This document shows, in pieces, positions 18,512 to 28,007 of a stretch of 63,171 nt of DNA. A program made the position numbers and the translations under genes. Location: NCBI GenBank assembly GCA_963625295.1, contig CAVFTC010000001.1, forward strand, positions 1 through 63,171, written 5' to 3'. Within the stretch, counting starts at the first letter, position 1. Every line of letters starts with the position of its first letter. This stretch comes from Bacteroides faecis (GTDB lineage: Bacteria > Bacillota > Clostridia > Oscillospirales > Acutalibacteraceae). The notes under the pieces were generated by a model. It made no database searches. It saw only the letters and a list, made by a program, of their open reading frames with translations, and was not told the DNA's origin.

Positions 18512-18547
18512 TCTTTATATAACATACTATCACCGAAAATTCGGCGG

Positions 18548-19219
18548 TTATTCGTTTTTTACCGGCACAAACATCATGCCGAAGCTTATTGATAAAAGAA
18601 CGCAGCAAATCCAGATTGCCCTGTCGCCGACAAGCTTTGTTACAAAGCTTCCGATTCCTGCGCCGACGGCGAACACGAGAATAACGGAAAAATAAGTCAA
18701 CGCTTTCTTGAGAGCCTCCCGGTTATGCGTATGATAATATGCACACAAAGCCTCGGTGCCGCTGCGCATATTGCCAATACACATTGTGCTTGCATATGCA
18801 TGACCTCTGACCTTATGGAATGTCTGAACCTGAAGAGCGCAAACATATGAAACAAGAGCATTTGCGATAAAATCAACCTTATGCGGAAGAAATCCGACAG
18901 CAAAAAGCAAAATGATTTCGGAGAAAAGAATTATCTGCCTCCAATGTATTTTTTCATAATGCTTGAGATGCATATGCACGACTTCAGCGATTGCAATTCC
19001 GAATATAAACGAAACAACGGGAATCAGATACTTAAAAACTCTGCCTGTATCGCCGTCAAAAATCGCTGAGCTCATAAGAACTATATTTCCGGTTTGAGCA
19101 TTGGCGAATACGCCGCCCCGTGAAATATATGTATACGCATCCTGAAATCCGCCCGACAGTATAATGAACAGCGCCGTGCGGAAACGGTCGGACATCTGCC
19201 CGTGAAAATGTTTAATCAC
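18548..19219 (-). CDS. YoaK/DUF1275 family membrane protein
   Basis: 223 aa, polytopic; conserved FANAQTGN and MCIGNMRSG-type motifs of DUF1275. Confidence 0.75.
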   Translation of the reverse strand: MIKHFHGQMSDRFRTALFIILSGGFQDAYTYISRGGVFANAQTGNIVLMSSAIFDGDTGRVFKYLIPVVSFIFGIAIAEVVHMHLKHYEKIHWRQIILFSEIILLFAVGFLPHKVDFIANALVSYVCALQVQTFHKVRGHAYASTMCIGNMRSGTEALCAYYHTHNREALKKALTYFSVILVFAVGAGIGSFVTKLVGDRAIWICCVLLSISFGMMFVPVKNE

Positions 19220-19246
19220 TCTTGCTCACTTTCCTTTGTGATTCCT

Positions 19247-19414
19247 TTAAGGCAATACCGCATAATTGCGGTGAACGGATTGCGCAGTAAGATTTTTCAT
19301 CAGGTTGTACAAAAATTTTGAAGGCTTGCTGCCGCAAGTCAAAGAATTTTTGTGCAGCATGACGGAAACATATTCAAGTAAGGCGTGCACCTCAATTTTG
19401 CGGTGTTGCCTTAA
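19247..19414. mobile_element. Full-length ~168-bp MITE-like element, inverted relative to the 13471 copy
   Basis: Bounded by TTAAGGCA...TGCCTTAA. About nine in ten positions match the reverse complement of 13471-13638 by eye. Confidence 0.85.
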
Positions 19415-19452
19415 AAAAAGGCAGTGATTCCTAATCAGAAACCGCTGCCTTT
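19413..19452 (-). terminator. Probable terminator of the lipoprotein gene
   Basis: On the minus strand: GGCAGCGG...CACTGCC followed by TTTTTTT. Confidence 0.5.
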
Positions 19453-19500
19453 ATTATTCGTTCTGTGCCGAATCCGGCAACAATATTTTATGACGATGCC

Positions 19501-19875
19501 TTAACCTATTACGGTAACCTTGTATGCCTTGATAGTTTTCGGGCTGTCCTTTGCAAGCTTGCCGTCATAAGAAATTTCAAGCGTTGCACCCACGGTGAGA
19601 TCGTCACGAGAAAGCTCCTTGCCGTCTGCGTCGTAGATTTTATCCTTGCCGCCGACAAACTTTATGTACAAGCCGTCCTTGTCATAAAGCTTCTCGTAAA
19701 CGCCGCCGAGGTTCTGAACCTCAACGATAAAGCTCTTGTCGTCATCTGAATTTTTTATGCTGTAATTGGCAATTATCGTGCTCGCATTTTCCACATCGGC
19801 GGTTGAAGCACCGCACGAGCAAAGAAGGAATAATCCCGTTAATGCGATCAACATAACCGAAACGATTTTTTTCAT
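19501..19875 (-). CDS. Small lipoprotein
   Basis: Signal peptide with lipobox (LLCSC). 124 aa from the ATG at 19875. Confidence 0.7.
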   Translation of the reverse strand: MKKIVSVMLIALTGLFLLCSCGASTADVENASTIIANYSIKNSDDDKSFIVEVQNLGGVYEKLYDKDGLYIKFVGGKDKIYDADGKELSRDDLTVGATLEISYDGKLAKDSPKTIKAYKVTVIG

Positions 19876-19886
19876 TATATCGCCTC

Positions 19887-21197
19887 TTATCTCCATGACA
19901 TATAGACGGTCTTGCCGTTCTCGGCAACCGCATATTTTGCGCTCTTGGTCGATGACTCATATTCGGAAAGAGAAAGACCTGTAAACTTAATGCTTCTGGA
20001 TCTCTTCGGTGAGTTATGGTCAATCGTGGTTGTGTTTTCAAGTCCGCCGATAAATGCATTTGCCTGCTCTGCGGTCTGGAAATTGATAGTATATTCCGCC
20101 TTGAGCTTTGCGGTTTCATCGGGGTTGATAACATAGCTTCCTGCGCTGAGAGTTCCCGGAGTGAAGCCGGTGAGCCACCATGTTGTTGTCGGCGATCTCT
20201 GGAAAAGAAGATTGTACTTATTCTGATCGCTCGTATCCTGTCTGTAAACCTTAACGCTCATGTTGAGCTTCTCGGCATCTGTTACGCAGTCATAATATGT
20301 GCTGCTTGTTTTGCCGATGTCACGGTTATAAAGACCAAGCTCCGCACCAATAAGAACCAAGCCGTACTGGCCCTTCCAGTACTGCATCATCCATTCCTTG
20401 TTGTTGTAGTTAAACTTAACACGAATTGTATCGTATGAAATTGCACCTGCGCCGGAAACATTATCGTAAGTCTCCTCGAAGCCGAAATTTCTCTGCCATG
20501 CGTCCTCTGCCGTGTAGAATACCTGATCCGTCATGCTGTATTTGAAGCCGAAAAGACCCGTATCCTTGCCGTCGGGACTGACGACAGTCCAGCTGTCCGT
20601 TTCCTCGTCATACTTGAACTTAACGGATTCCGAGAAACGCTTGAGGCTGGCATTGAGATCCGTAACAAACTTTTTCGCATCAAACTTGGTTGTGTTCTTG
20701 TTGCTGCTGTTGCCGCTGTTACCGCTGTTGCCGCCGCTGTTTGAATTGCTTCCGCTGTTTGAGCCGCCGCTGTTAGATCCACCGCCGCTGTTACCGCCGC
20801 TGCTTGAACCTCCATTGCTTGAACCGCCGCTCGAACCGCCACTGATGGAACCGCCGCTGCTTGAGCCGCCGCTAACATAACCGGAATTCATATCAAGCGT
20901 TTCAATCGTGTTGCCGTTGTTGTCAACAACATCAATCTGATTTGCAGTCTGATCATATTTCCATGTCTGGCCGCAATCGTTGCAGACATATGTGCCGTCA
21001 CCGTTATCCTTGATATTGGTTGACTGACAAACAGGGCAGCAAAGCTGATTTCCCGTATCGTCAACAACCGGCGTTACCGACGAATTGTTTTTCTTGGTTT
21101 GCCCGATAAAATTACATCCGGGCAATATAGTAAGAATCGCAAGCGTAAGAACACAAACGATTGCGATCACCCTCAACCCTCTTTCTTTACCTTTCAT
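19887..21197 (-). CDS. Membrane-anchored zinc-ribbon / Gly-Ser-linker / DUF4474-like protein
   Basis: N-terminal TM, CPVC...CNDC ribbon, about 60 aa of G/S/N low complexity, and a C-terminal domain with the WQRNFGF motif that I associate with DUF4474. Confidence 0.6.
   Translation of the reverse strand: MKGKERGLRVIAIVCVLTLAILTILPGCNFIGQTKKNNSSVTPVVDDTGNQLCCPVCQSTNIKDNGDGTYVCNDCGQTWKYDQTANQIDVVDNNGNTIETLDMNSGYVSGGSSSGGSISGGSSGGSSNGGSSSGGNSGGGSNSGGSNSGSNSNSGGNSGNSGNSSNKNTTKFDAKKFVTDLNASLKRFSESVKFKYDEETDSWTVVSPDGKDTGLFGFKYSMTDQVFYTAEDAWQRNFGFEETYDNVSGAGAISYDTIRVKFNYNNKEWMMQYWKGQYGLVLIGAELGLYNRDIGKTSSTYYDCVTDAEKLNMSVKVYRQDTSDQNKYNLLFQRSPTTTWWLTGFTPGTLSAGSYVINPDETAKLKAEYTINFQTAEQANAFIGGLENTTTIDHNSPKRSRSIKFTGLSLSEYESSTKSAKYAVAENGKTVYMSWR
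20700..20880. repeat. Coding low-complexity nucleotide repeat (GCCGCC/GCTGTT-type) encoding the Gly/Ser/Asn linker
   Basis: Iterated CCGCCGCTG / TTGCCGCTG units. They create long spurious ORFs on both strands (20531-20880). Confidence 0.7.
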
Positions 21198-21299
21198 CTC
21201 TTCCTTTGTACCTCCGTAATTTTTTTGTAATCATCGATTACTTTGCCATTATATCATATCCGCCCAAAAAAAGCAACCGCATATTTTATCTTCAAAATA

Positions 21300-21328
21300 T
21301 TGACTAAAAAGTAAAAAAAGTATATAAT
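21300..21328 (+). promoter_or_regulatory. Sigma-70-type promoter
   Basis: TTGACT, 17 nt, TATAAT, about 97 nt upstream of the ATG at 21426. Confidence 0.6.
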
Positions 21329-21425
21329 ATACCAATAAAGTAGTCGCCGAGCAAGATGAAACACGATTTTCGGCGGTTATCGAGAGTCAAAATGACTAAA
21401 CTGCAATAATGTTAGGAGTTTTTTT

Positions 21426-22556
21426 ATGAAGGAGATCAAGTCCTCCACCTTAAATGAAATAATCAGCTCTTTCCCGTTTAAAGGCGAATTGACCAACATA
21501 GAACAGACCGACACCGGTCTTATCAATTCCACCTTTGTGCTGACCTTTTCCGATGGTAATCAGGATTATCAGTATATTCTGCAAAAAATCAACACCAATG
21601 TTTTTAAAAAACCGGACGAGCTGATGTCAAACATTATGAATGTTACGGGCTTTCTCCGCAACAAGATAAACCAAATGGGTGGAAACGCCGCAAGAGAAAC
21701 TCTCTCCTTTCTTTACACAAAGGAAAACACTCCCTATTATCTTGACAAGGATGGCGGCTGCTGGAGAAGCTATACATATATCGGCAAATGCTACACCTGC
21801 GACAAAATAGACTCCGAGACTAAGGCGTTCCGCTCCGGCAAGGCCTTCGGAAAATTTCAGAAAATGCTCTCGGACTATCCTGCGGCAAGTCTTTTTGAAA
21901 CCATACCTCATTTTCACGACACGCCATCAAGATTTAACGATCTGAAAAAATCGGTTGAGGACAATCTTTCCGGCAGGCTTGAAAGCGTTAAGGACGAGCT
22001 TTCCTTTGCTCTTGATCGTGAAAAGGACGCTTCAAAGCTCGTCGATCTTGCCGCCGAGGGTAAAATTCCGATGAGAGTTACCCATAACGACACGAAGATC
22101 AACAATGTTCTTTTTGACAGCATCACGAACGAAGCGATTTGCGTCATTGATCTCGACACGATTATGCCGGGTCTTTCCCTCTACGATTTCGGCGACAGCA
22201 TCCGCTCGGGAGCGGTCACATCGGACGAAAATGAAAAGGATCTCAGCAAATACGGTCTTGATGTTGAGCTTTTCAAGAGCTATACGGAGGGCTTCCTTTC
22301 CGAGGCCGGCCATGCGCTCAACGAGGAGGAAATCAAAAATCTTGCTTTCTCCGCCAAGCTCATGACGCTTGAATGCGGCGTAAGATTTCTTACCGATTAT
22401 CTCAACGGAGATACATATTTCAAAACAGATTACCCCGAGCACAATCTTGTCAGATGCAGAACCCAGTTCAAGCTTGTTGAGGATATTGAAAACCACATCG
22501 ACGAGCTTAACGGCTGCGTAGACGAGATATACAGGAGGAGTTTGATTGAAGGCTGA
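21426..22556 (+). CDS. nahK: N-acetylhexosamine 1-kinase-like phosphotransferase (APH fold)
   Basis: Close colinear resemblance to bifidobacterial NahK: HFHDTP.RF, RVTHNDTK.NN, IDLDTIMPG, FDFGDSIR, YPEHNLVR.RTQ.KLV. Confidence 0.8.
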   Translation: MKEIKSSTLNEIISSFPFKGELTNIEQTDTGLINSTFVLTFSDGNQDYQYILQKINTNVFKKPDELMSNIMNVTGFLRNKINQMGGNAARETLSFLYTKENTPYYLDKDGGCWRSYTYIGKCYTCDKIDSETKAFRSGKAFGKFQKMLSDYPAASLFETIPHFHDTPSRFNDLKKSVEDNLSGRLESVKDELSFALDREKDASKLVDLAAEGKIPMRVTHNDTKINNVLFDSITNEAICVIDLDTIMPGLSLYDFGDSIRSGAVTSDENEKDLSKYGLDVELFKSYTEGFLSEAGHALNEEEIKNLAFSAKLMTLECGVRFLTDYLNGDTYFKTDYPEHNLVRCRTQFKLVEDIENHIDELNGCVDEIYRRSLIEG

Positions 22557-23406
22557 GAAAAAAGGCGTTATTGCCGTTTCGATAATCATAATAATCGTTG
22601 TCGCTGCGGCTTTGATCCTTATTCCCCTTTTAAGCAATAATTCTGTTTCGGGATATATGAGGGAGGACATTAAAAATGTTGACAATGTTTCTCTTATTTC
22701 CCGATGCAGTGAAATTGACGGCAAAAAAGCTTCCGTTGCAGGTGTTAAGGAAAGCGTCAGACTCGGTGCAAATGCCGTAATAGCCGATCTCTGCTTCCGC
22801 AGCGACGGAACTCCGGTGATATCCGAAAGCTATGCAGGCGCAGACAGTGCGGAAACCGTCGAAGAGCTTTTCAAGGCCATGAACGAGGATAAATTCAGTA
22901 AAATTACGGTTTATCTGAACATCGTTCAGCTTTCCGATATTTCAAAGCTCAACACACTGGCGGTTGATTACAATATGCTTGACAGGCTTTTTCTGATCGG
23001 CATCGATTCCGACCGTTACGAGCTTATAAGCTCGGACGATACGATAATCCCCTTTCTTCTTGACTATACCTTCAGCTCGCAGGAGCTTTCGTCAATAAAG
23101 GACGGCAGCTTCAAAAAGCCCGACATTCTCGAAGAAAAAGGCGCAGTCGGACTTGTTCTCGACGCTTCTCAAATTTCGCCTGAGCTTGTTGAGGTTCTCA
23201 ACGATTACGGAATAATTTTTGTTGTCGAAAATATTGAAAGCAACGCCGAAATGTGTCAAACAATACTTGACGGCGCAAATAATATCATTGTCAACGACAT
23301 TGAAAAATCAAAAGAAATTTTGGATAAATGGATCGAGCAAATGCAGGAGCGTTTCAAAGCCTCGGTCGATAAATCAATAAAAGAGCTTTCCGAGAAAGCA
23401 GACTAA
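22546..23406 (+). CDS. Membrane-anchored glycerophosphodiester-phosphodiesterase-like protein
   Basis: TTG start with an AGGAGGAG RBS; N-terminal TM. The weak GDPD-like region (ADLCFRSDGTPVIS) lacks clear catalytic His motifs. Confidence 0.5.
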   Translation: MKAEKKGVIAVSIIIIIVVAAALILIPLLSNNSVSGYMREDIKNVDNVSLISRCSEIDGKKASVAGVKESVRLGANAVIADLCFRSDGTPVISESYAGADSAETVEELFKAMNEDKFSKITVYLNIVQLSDISKLNTLAVDYNMLDRLFLIGIDSDRYELISSDDTIIPFLLDYTFSSQELSSIKDGSFKKPDILEEKGAVGLVLDASQISPELVEVLNDYGIIFVVENIESNAEMCQTILDGANNIIVNDIEKSKEILDKWIEQMQERFKASVDKSIKELSEKAD

Positions 23407-23430
23407 AATAACACAACAGGAGTGGTAATT

Positions 23431-24114
23431 ATGGCAAAAATACTTATTGCAGATGACGAAAGCAAGCTTCGCAGACTTGTCTGTGACTTCCTCAAGCGTT
23501 CGGGACATACGCCGGTCGAAGCAAGCACGGGTCGTCAGGTTCTTGATATTTTTAATTCAGACGAAAAAATCGACCTCTATCTTCTCGACATAATGCTTCC
23601 GGAGGTTGACGGTTGGGAGCTTTGCCGTCAGATACGCAAAACCTCCTCGGTTCCCATCATTCTGCTTACGGCAAGGGTTGCCGAGCACGATCAGATCATG
23701 GGCTTTGAGGCTGGCGCTGACGATTATGTTACGAAGCCCTTCAGCCTTGCCGTTCTCATGAAGAGAATTGATGTTATTCTCAAGCGTTCGGCTTCCGGCA
23801 AGGTCAGAACGGACAAGGATGTAATCTCCCTTGACGGACTGATTCTCAACAACGACGCTCACCGTGTAACTATTGACGGTCAGCAGATAGACCTCACCCT
23901 CAAGGAGTACTATATCCTCGAAAAGCTTGTTTCAAGCCGAGGAAGAGTTTACACAAGAGAACAGCTTCTTGACGATATTTGGGGCTATGACTATGTCGGC
24001 GACACAAGAAATGTTGACTCCCATGTTGCACGCTTGCGCGGTAAGCTCGGCGTTTGGGGCGCAAATCATCTCAAAACAATATACGGCATAGGCTACAAAA
24101 TTGAGGTGAACTGA
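23431..24114 (+). CDS. OmpR-family response regulator
   Basis: Receiver domain (ILIADDE...DLYLLDIMLP) plus a winged-helix output domain (RVYTREQLL...NVDSHVARLR.K). Confidence 0.9.
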   Translation: MAKILIADDESKLRRLVCDFLKRSGHTPVEASTGRQVLDIFNSDEKIDLYLLDIMLPEVDGWELCRQIRKTSSVPIILLTARVAEHDQIMGFEAGADDYVTKPFSLAVLMKRIDVILKRSASGKVRTDKDVISLDGLILNNDAHRVTIDGQQIDLTLKEYYILEKLVSSRGRVYTREQLLDDIWGYDYVGDTRNVDSHVARLRGKLGVWGANHLKTIYGIGYKIEVN

Positions 24115-24115
24115 T

Positions 24116-25687
24116 TTGAGCTCGCCGAAGAACGCTGAGGGCAAAACGCTTGTCCGTAACATGAAGGCTCAGGTTTTTCTTCAATTTGTGCTGATACTGA
24201 TGGTAGTTCTCTGCGTTATTCTTTTGACCTCGACCTCGCTTTATACCAACATCATCTCCGGAATGATGCTTTCAAATCTGCGTGACGCTGTTGAGGAAGC
24301 AAAAACGGTCGATGTATCAAAAAACGAAAATGTAATCAAAACCGTTGAAGGAATTGAACGGAAGCGGTCGGTTTTCATCGAGGTTTACGGCAAAAATCCC
24401 GAGGATAAGGACGGAGAATACAATCAGATCGTATACACAAAATATTCCTACGACAGCTTTTACGACCGCAATTCCGGAAACAAATACACCAAAAAACCGA
24501 CTTCGTTCGTCGGCTTCAACAGCGGAATTTTTGAAGCCGACAGAACCTATGCGGACGGCAGTGTTGTCGGTAAGCTGAAAAATCCCGGCAATTCCTATGA
24601 ATTCTATGTTCTTGCTGCTCCCGGTCTGACGGGCGCATACCGTATTGTCGCCGCCGTATCCTATTCATTGATTGAGCAGCAGGCAAGAACGGTCAGCATA
24701 ACGATGGGGCTTATAATTCTTCTTGTTTTCATTGCTGTCAGCATCGTCGTTTATTTCTATGTGACCCAGATCACAAGGCCTATCAAAAAAATTACCGAAA
24801 TAACGCAGCGAATGGCGGTTGAAGACGATCCGAATCTGAGGATTCCCTCCGGCGGAAGAAGCGTGAACACGGAGGTTGACGCTTCCATTGCAAGCATCAA
24901 CGCCATGTATTCCTCATGGATGATAACCAAGGAAAAGCTTGCCGAAAGGTCGGAATTCCTGCTTGAACAGCTTCACGAAAAGGAGCTTGAGAAAAAATAC
25001 AGAGAGGAATTCATCGCCGGCATTTCTCACGAGCTGAAAACACCGATAGCAATCGTTCAGGGCTATGCCGAGGGAGCAAAGTATTCGCTTGACGATAAGG
25101 AAACCATCAACGAATATTGCGACACGATCATTGACGAATGTACAAGAATGAATGATCTTGTCGTCAACATGATGAGCCTTTCAAATATTCAGCAGAACTC
25201 TGATTCGCTGAACTTTGAAGATTTTTCGATTACGAATTTCATTGCCGACACTCTTTCATCGCTTTCGATAGTTTTCCAGAAGCACGGAATTGAGGTCGAA
25301 AATCTCGTTAAAGATCAGATAATCGGAAAGGCTGATTTATCGAAGCTGCCGTTTGTTCTCAACAATCTGATTTCAAACGCAATCTCCTACATCGGCGGCG
25401 ACCCGAAAATCATTCGTGTCCGCTACGAGGACGCAGGAGTTTCCTACAGAATCTTCGTTTTCAATTCGGGCAACAATATCCCCGATGATGTAATGGAAAA
25501 ACTTTGGTTCAGCTTCTACCGTCACGATGCGGCAAGAATGAGAAATGAAGGCCATTTCGGTCTTGGACTTTCAATCGTCAAGGGAATTCAGGACGCTCAC
25601 TCAGAGCAGTGCGGCGTAAACAATGCCGAGGGCGGCGTTGAATTCTGGTTTGATATCGGAAAGGGTTCGTTTGACGACGAAGAATAA
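24116..25687 (+). CDS. Sensor histidine kinase
   Basis: Two TM segments, a HAMP-like region, the H-box FIAGISHELKTP, and N and G boxes. The start is uncertain: TTG at 24116 or ATG at 24161. Confidence 0.85.
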   Translation: MSSPKNAEGKTLVRNMKAQVFLQFVLILMVVLCVILLTSTSLYTNIISGMMLSNLRDAVEEAKTVDVSKNENVIKTVEGIERKRSVFIEVYGKNPEDKDGEYNQIVYTKYSYDSFYDRNSGNKYTKKPTSFVGFNSGIFEADRTYADGSVVGKLKNPGNSYEFYVLAAPGLTGAYRIVAAVSYSLIEQQARTVSITMGLIILLVFIAVSIVVYFYVTQITRPIKKITEITQRMAVEDDPNLRIPSGGRSVNTEVDASIASINAMYSSWMITKEKLAERSEFLLEQLHEKELEKKYREEFIAGISHELKTPIAIVQGYAEGAKYSLDDKETINEYCDTIIDECTRMNDLVVNMMSLSNIQQNSDSLNFEDFSITNFIADTLSSLSIVFQKHGIEVENLVKDQIIGKADLSKLPFVLNNLISNAISYIGGDPKIIRVRYEDAGVSYRIFVFNSGNNIPDDVMEKLWFSFYRHDAARMRNEGHFGLGLSIVKGIQDAHSEQCGVNNAEGGVEFWFDIGKGSFDDEE

Positions 25688-25735
25688 AAAATTACAGACT
25701 GTATCGACATCATTGGTTGATACAGTCTGTTTTTT
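25686..25735. terminator. Bidirectional terminator between convergent genes
   Basis: 12-bp perfect stem ACAGACTGTATC...GATACAGTCTGT flanked by an A-run and a T-run. Confidence 0.8.
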
Positions 25736-25762
25736 ATTGTTTGCAGTTAACGAGCAGCAACA

Positions 25763-26947
25763 TTACTTTGCGAAATGTTCAATGATTCTCTTTGCCGCTT
25801 CCTTTGTGTCGTCGGGATCGCCGAAGGCGGAAAGTCTGAGAAAGCCCTCACCGCATGAACCGAAGCCCACGCCGGGAGTGCCGACGATTTGAAGCTCGTT
25901 AAGCAGATAATCAAAGAACTCCCAGCTGCCCATTGCATTCGGGCACTTCATCCAAACATACGGGGAGTTTTTACCTCCGACATACCAAAAGCCGCATTGG
26001 TCAAGAGCATTCATAATAACCTTTGCGTTTTTCTTGTAGACTGAGATGCTTTCATGAATCTGCTTCTGTCCCTCCGGAGTAAACACAGCCGACGCACCCT
26101 TTTGCAGAATGTATGAAACACCGTTTGTCCGTGTCTCACGGTTTCTCGACCAAAGGGCATTGAGGTTTACACCCATGCGCTCAAGTGCCGACGGAACGAT
26201 CGTGTAGCCGGCTCTTGTGCCGGTGAAGCCGGCGGTTTTTGAGAATGAGCAAATCTCTATGGCGCAGGTTTTCGCACCCTCAACCTCATAAATACTGTGA
26301 GGGACATCGTCCTCCTCGATAAATATTTCATATGCGGCGTCGTAAAGAATAACGGCGTCCTTTTTGTTTGCGTAATCGACCCACTTTTTAAGCTTATCAC
26401 GGGTATATGCCGAGCCGGTCGGATTGTTCGGAGAGCAAATATAAATTATATCGGCGTCAATGCTTTCGTCCGGAAGCGGGAGAAAGCCGTCTCCCTCGCC
26501 TGCCGGCAAATGAATAACCCTTCTGCCGTAAAGCAGGTTTGTGTCAACATACTCGGGGTACGCAGGCTCGATGACAAGAACGGTATTTTCACGGTCAAAC
26601 ATCTCAAGCAAATCGCCGAGATCGTCGCAAGCACCGCTTGAAATAAAGACCTCGTCGGTCGTCATATCAACATTCCAGCCCGAATAATACTTCGCTATCG
26701 CCTCACGAAGGAACATTGCGCCGTGCTCCGGCATGTAGCCGTGAAAGGTTTCTATCCTCGACTGGTCGTCAACCGCCTCGTGCAGGGTTTCTATGACCTT
26801 TTGGCAAAGAGGATAGGAAACATCGCCGACTCCGAGCTTCAAAACCCTTTCTCCCGGATGAGCGGCAAGATATTCGTCCGTCTTTCTGTAAATCGTGTTA
26901 AAAAGATATGTATCCTTAAGCTCCGTGTAGTGCATATTCGGTTTCAT
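25763..26947 (-). CDS. dapL: LL-diaminopimelate aminotransferase
   Basis: 394 aa; YLF..I, LGVGD and SFSKTAGFTG.R motifs of DapL. Translationally coupled to dapF. Confidence 0.85.
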   Translation of the reverse strand: MKPNMHYTELKDTYLFNTIYRKTDEYLAAHPGERVLKLGVGDVSYPLCQKVIETLHEAVDDQSRIETFHGYMPEHGAMFLREAIAKYYSGWNVDMTTDEVFISSGACDDLGDLLEMFDRENTVLVIEPAYPEYVDTNLLYGRRVIHLPAGEGDGFLPLPDESIDADIIYICSPNNPTGSAYTRDKLKKWVDYANKKDAVILYDAAYEIFIEEDDVPHSIYEVEGAKTCAIEICSFSKTAGFTGTRAGYTIVPSALERMGVNLNALWSRNRETRTNGVSYILQKGASAVFTPEGQKQIHESISVYKKNAKVIMNALDQCGFWYVGGKNSPYVWMKCPNAMGSWEFFDYLLNELQIVGTPGVGFGSCGEGFLRLSAFGDPDDTKEAAKRIIEHFAK

Positions 26948-27741
26948 TTTACTTTTACCTCGCCTTCAAAAGATATTGCTGCAGGACCTGTCATTGTTAC
27001 CGTGTTGTCCTCTGCAATGTTGATTATAAGAGTTCCGCCGTCAAGCTCTACGGCAATGTCGGTATTGTAGCGACAAAGCCCGATTGAAATCGCCGCCATG
27101 ACCGATGCGCACGAGCCTGTACCGCACGCCATTGTTACGCCGCTGCCTCGCTCCCAAACTCTCATTCTCAGCTTGTTGTCGGCAAGCGTTTGAACAAACT
27201 CGACATTCACTCCGTTGGGGAATCTATCGCAACGCTCCATCGCAGGTCCTATTTCCGTAATCTCCGCCTTGGAAATATCATCAACAAAAATCACGGCATG
27301 AGGATTGCCCACGGAAACGGGAATGTACTCAAGGTCGTTTCCGCAAATTTCAATTCTGCTGGCAAGCCCCGGAGCAGCTTTGCCCATATTGACGGAAACG
27401 GACTCAACTTCGCCCTTTTTGACATCCAAATCAAGCGTCTTGATTCCCGAAAGCGTTTCGACGGTTATTTTTTCCTTTTTGGTTAAGCCCTTATCATATA
27501 CATATTTTCCGACGCATCTGATGCCGTTGCCGCACATCATCGCCTCGCTGCCGTCGGCATTGAAAATTCTCATCTTGAAGTCGGCAATTTTTGACGGCAA
27601 GATCCAAATTATTCCGTCCGAACCGATGCCGAAATGACGGTCGGACAGCTTTATTGAAAGCTTATCCGGATTTTTAGGCTCTCTTTTTGAATAAACATAA
27701 ATATAGTCGTTTCCGAGTCCCTGCATTTTTGTAAATTTCAT
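26944..27741 (-). CDS. dapF: Diaminopimelate epimerase
   Basis: MKFTKMQGLGNDYIYV N-terminus and both catalytic Cys contexts (MCGNG, ACGTG). Confidence 0.95.
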   Translation of the reverse strand: MKFTKMQGLGNDYIYVYSKREPKNPDKLSIKLSDRHFGIGSDGIIWILPSKIADFKMRIFNADGSEAMMCGNGIRCVGKYVYDKGLTKKEKITVETLSGIKTLDLDVKKGEVESVSVNMGKAAPGLASRIEICGNDLEYIPVSVGNPHAVIFVDDISKAEITEIGPAMERCDRFPNGVNVEFVQTLADNKLRMRVWERGSGVTMACGTGSCASVMAAISIGLCRYNTDIAVELDGGTLIINIAEDNTVTMTGPAAISFEGEVKVK

Positions 27742-27901
27742 TGTCGAAGCCTCCTATAAAGAAAAAATGCCTTTGAGAGTGCAAAAACCCCTCAAAGACA
27801 CCATTGCCTTAATCCTTTTTCTATGATATTTTAACCTCGGTTTGCTTATTTGTCAAGTGTTTTATTTATCTTACATAACGAACGAAATAAAGGAAAACAT
27901 A

Positions 27902-27930
27902 TTGACGAATAATATCAGTTCTGTTATAAT
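27902..27930 (+). promoter_or_regulatory. Sigma-70-type promoter
   Basis: TTGACG, 17 nt, TATAAT upstream of the 28008 gene. A divergent TTGACA-17-TAAAAT for dapF is present on the minus strand around 27830-27860. Confidence 0.6.
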
Positions 27931-28007
27931 TTTTATGTGCAAAACAAACAGCACAAAAGCTGATTAACCTTCGGTTCTGTCCGTGGTTATCCAAATGGAG
28001 GTACAAT

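Noticed and set aside
20531-20880. Two 115-aa ORFs on opposite strands with Ala- or Pro/Leu-rich translations
   Set aside because: Both are alternative-frame readings of the Gly/Ser-linker nucleotide repeat inside the DUF4474-like gene.
21225-21241. Palindrome GTAATC-atc-GATTAC upstream of the DUF4474-like gene, as a third copy of the TGTAATA operator
   Set aside because: The half-site sequence and spacer length differ from the TGTAATA-N4-TATTACA pair. It occurs only once, and the resemblance is limited to GTAAT.
27742-27900. Lysine riboswitch (L-box) upstream of dapF-dapL
   Set aside because: The minus-strand leader is only about 90 nt after the TTGACA-17-TAAAAT promoter. It shows one short hairpin with a T-tail but none of the L-box conserved helices or motifs I know. 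This could still be checked with Rfam RF00168.
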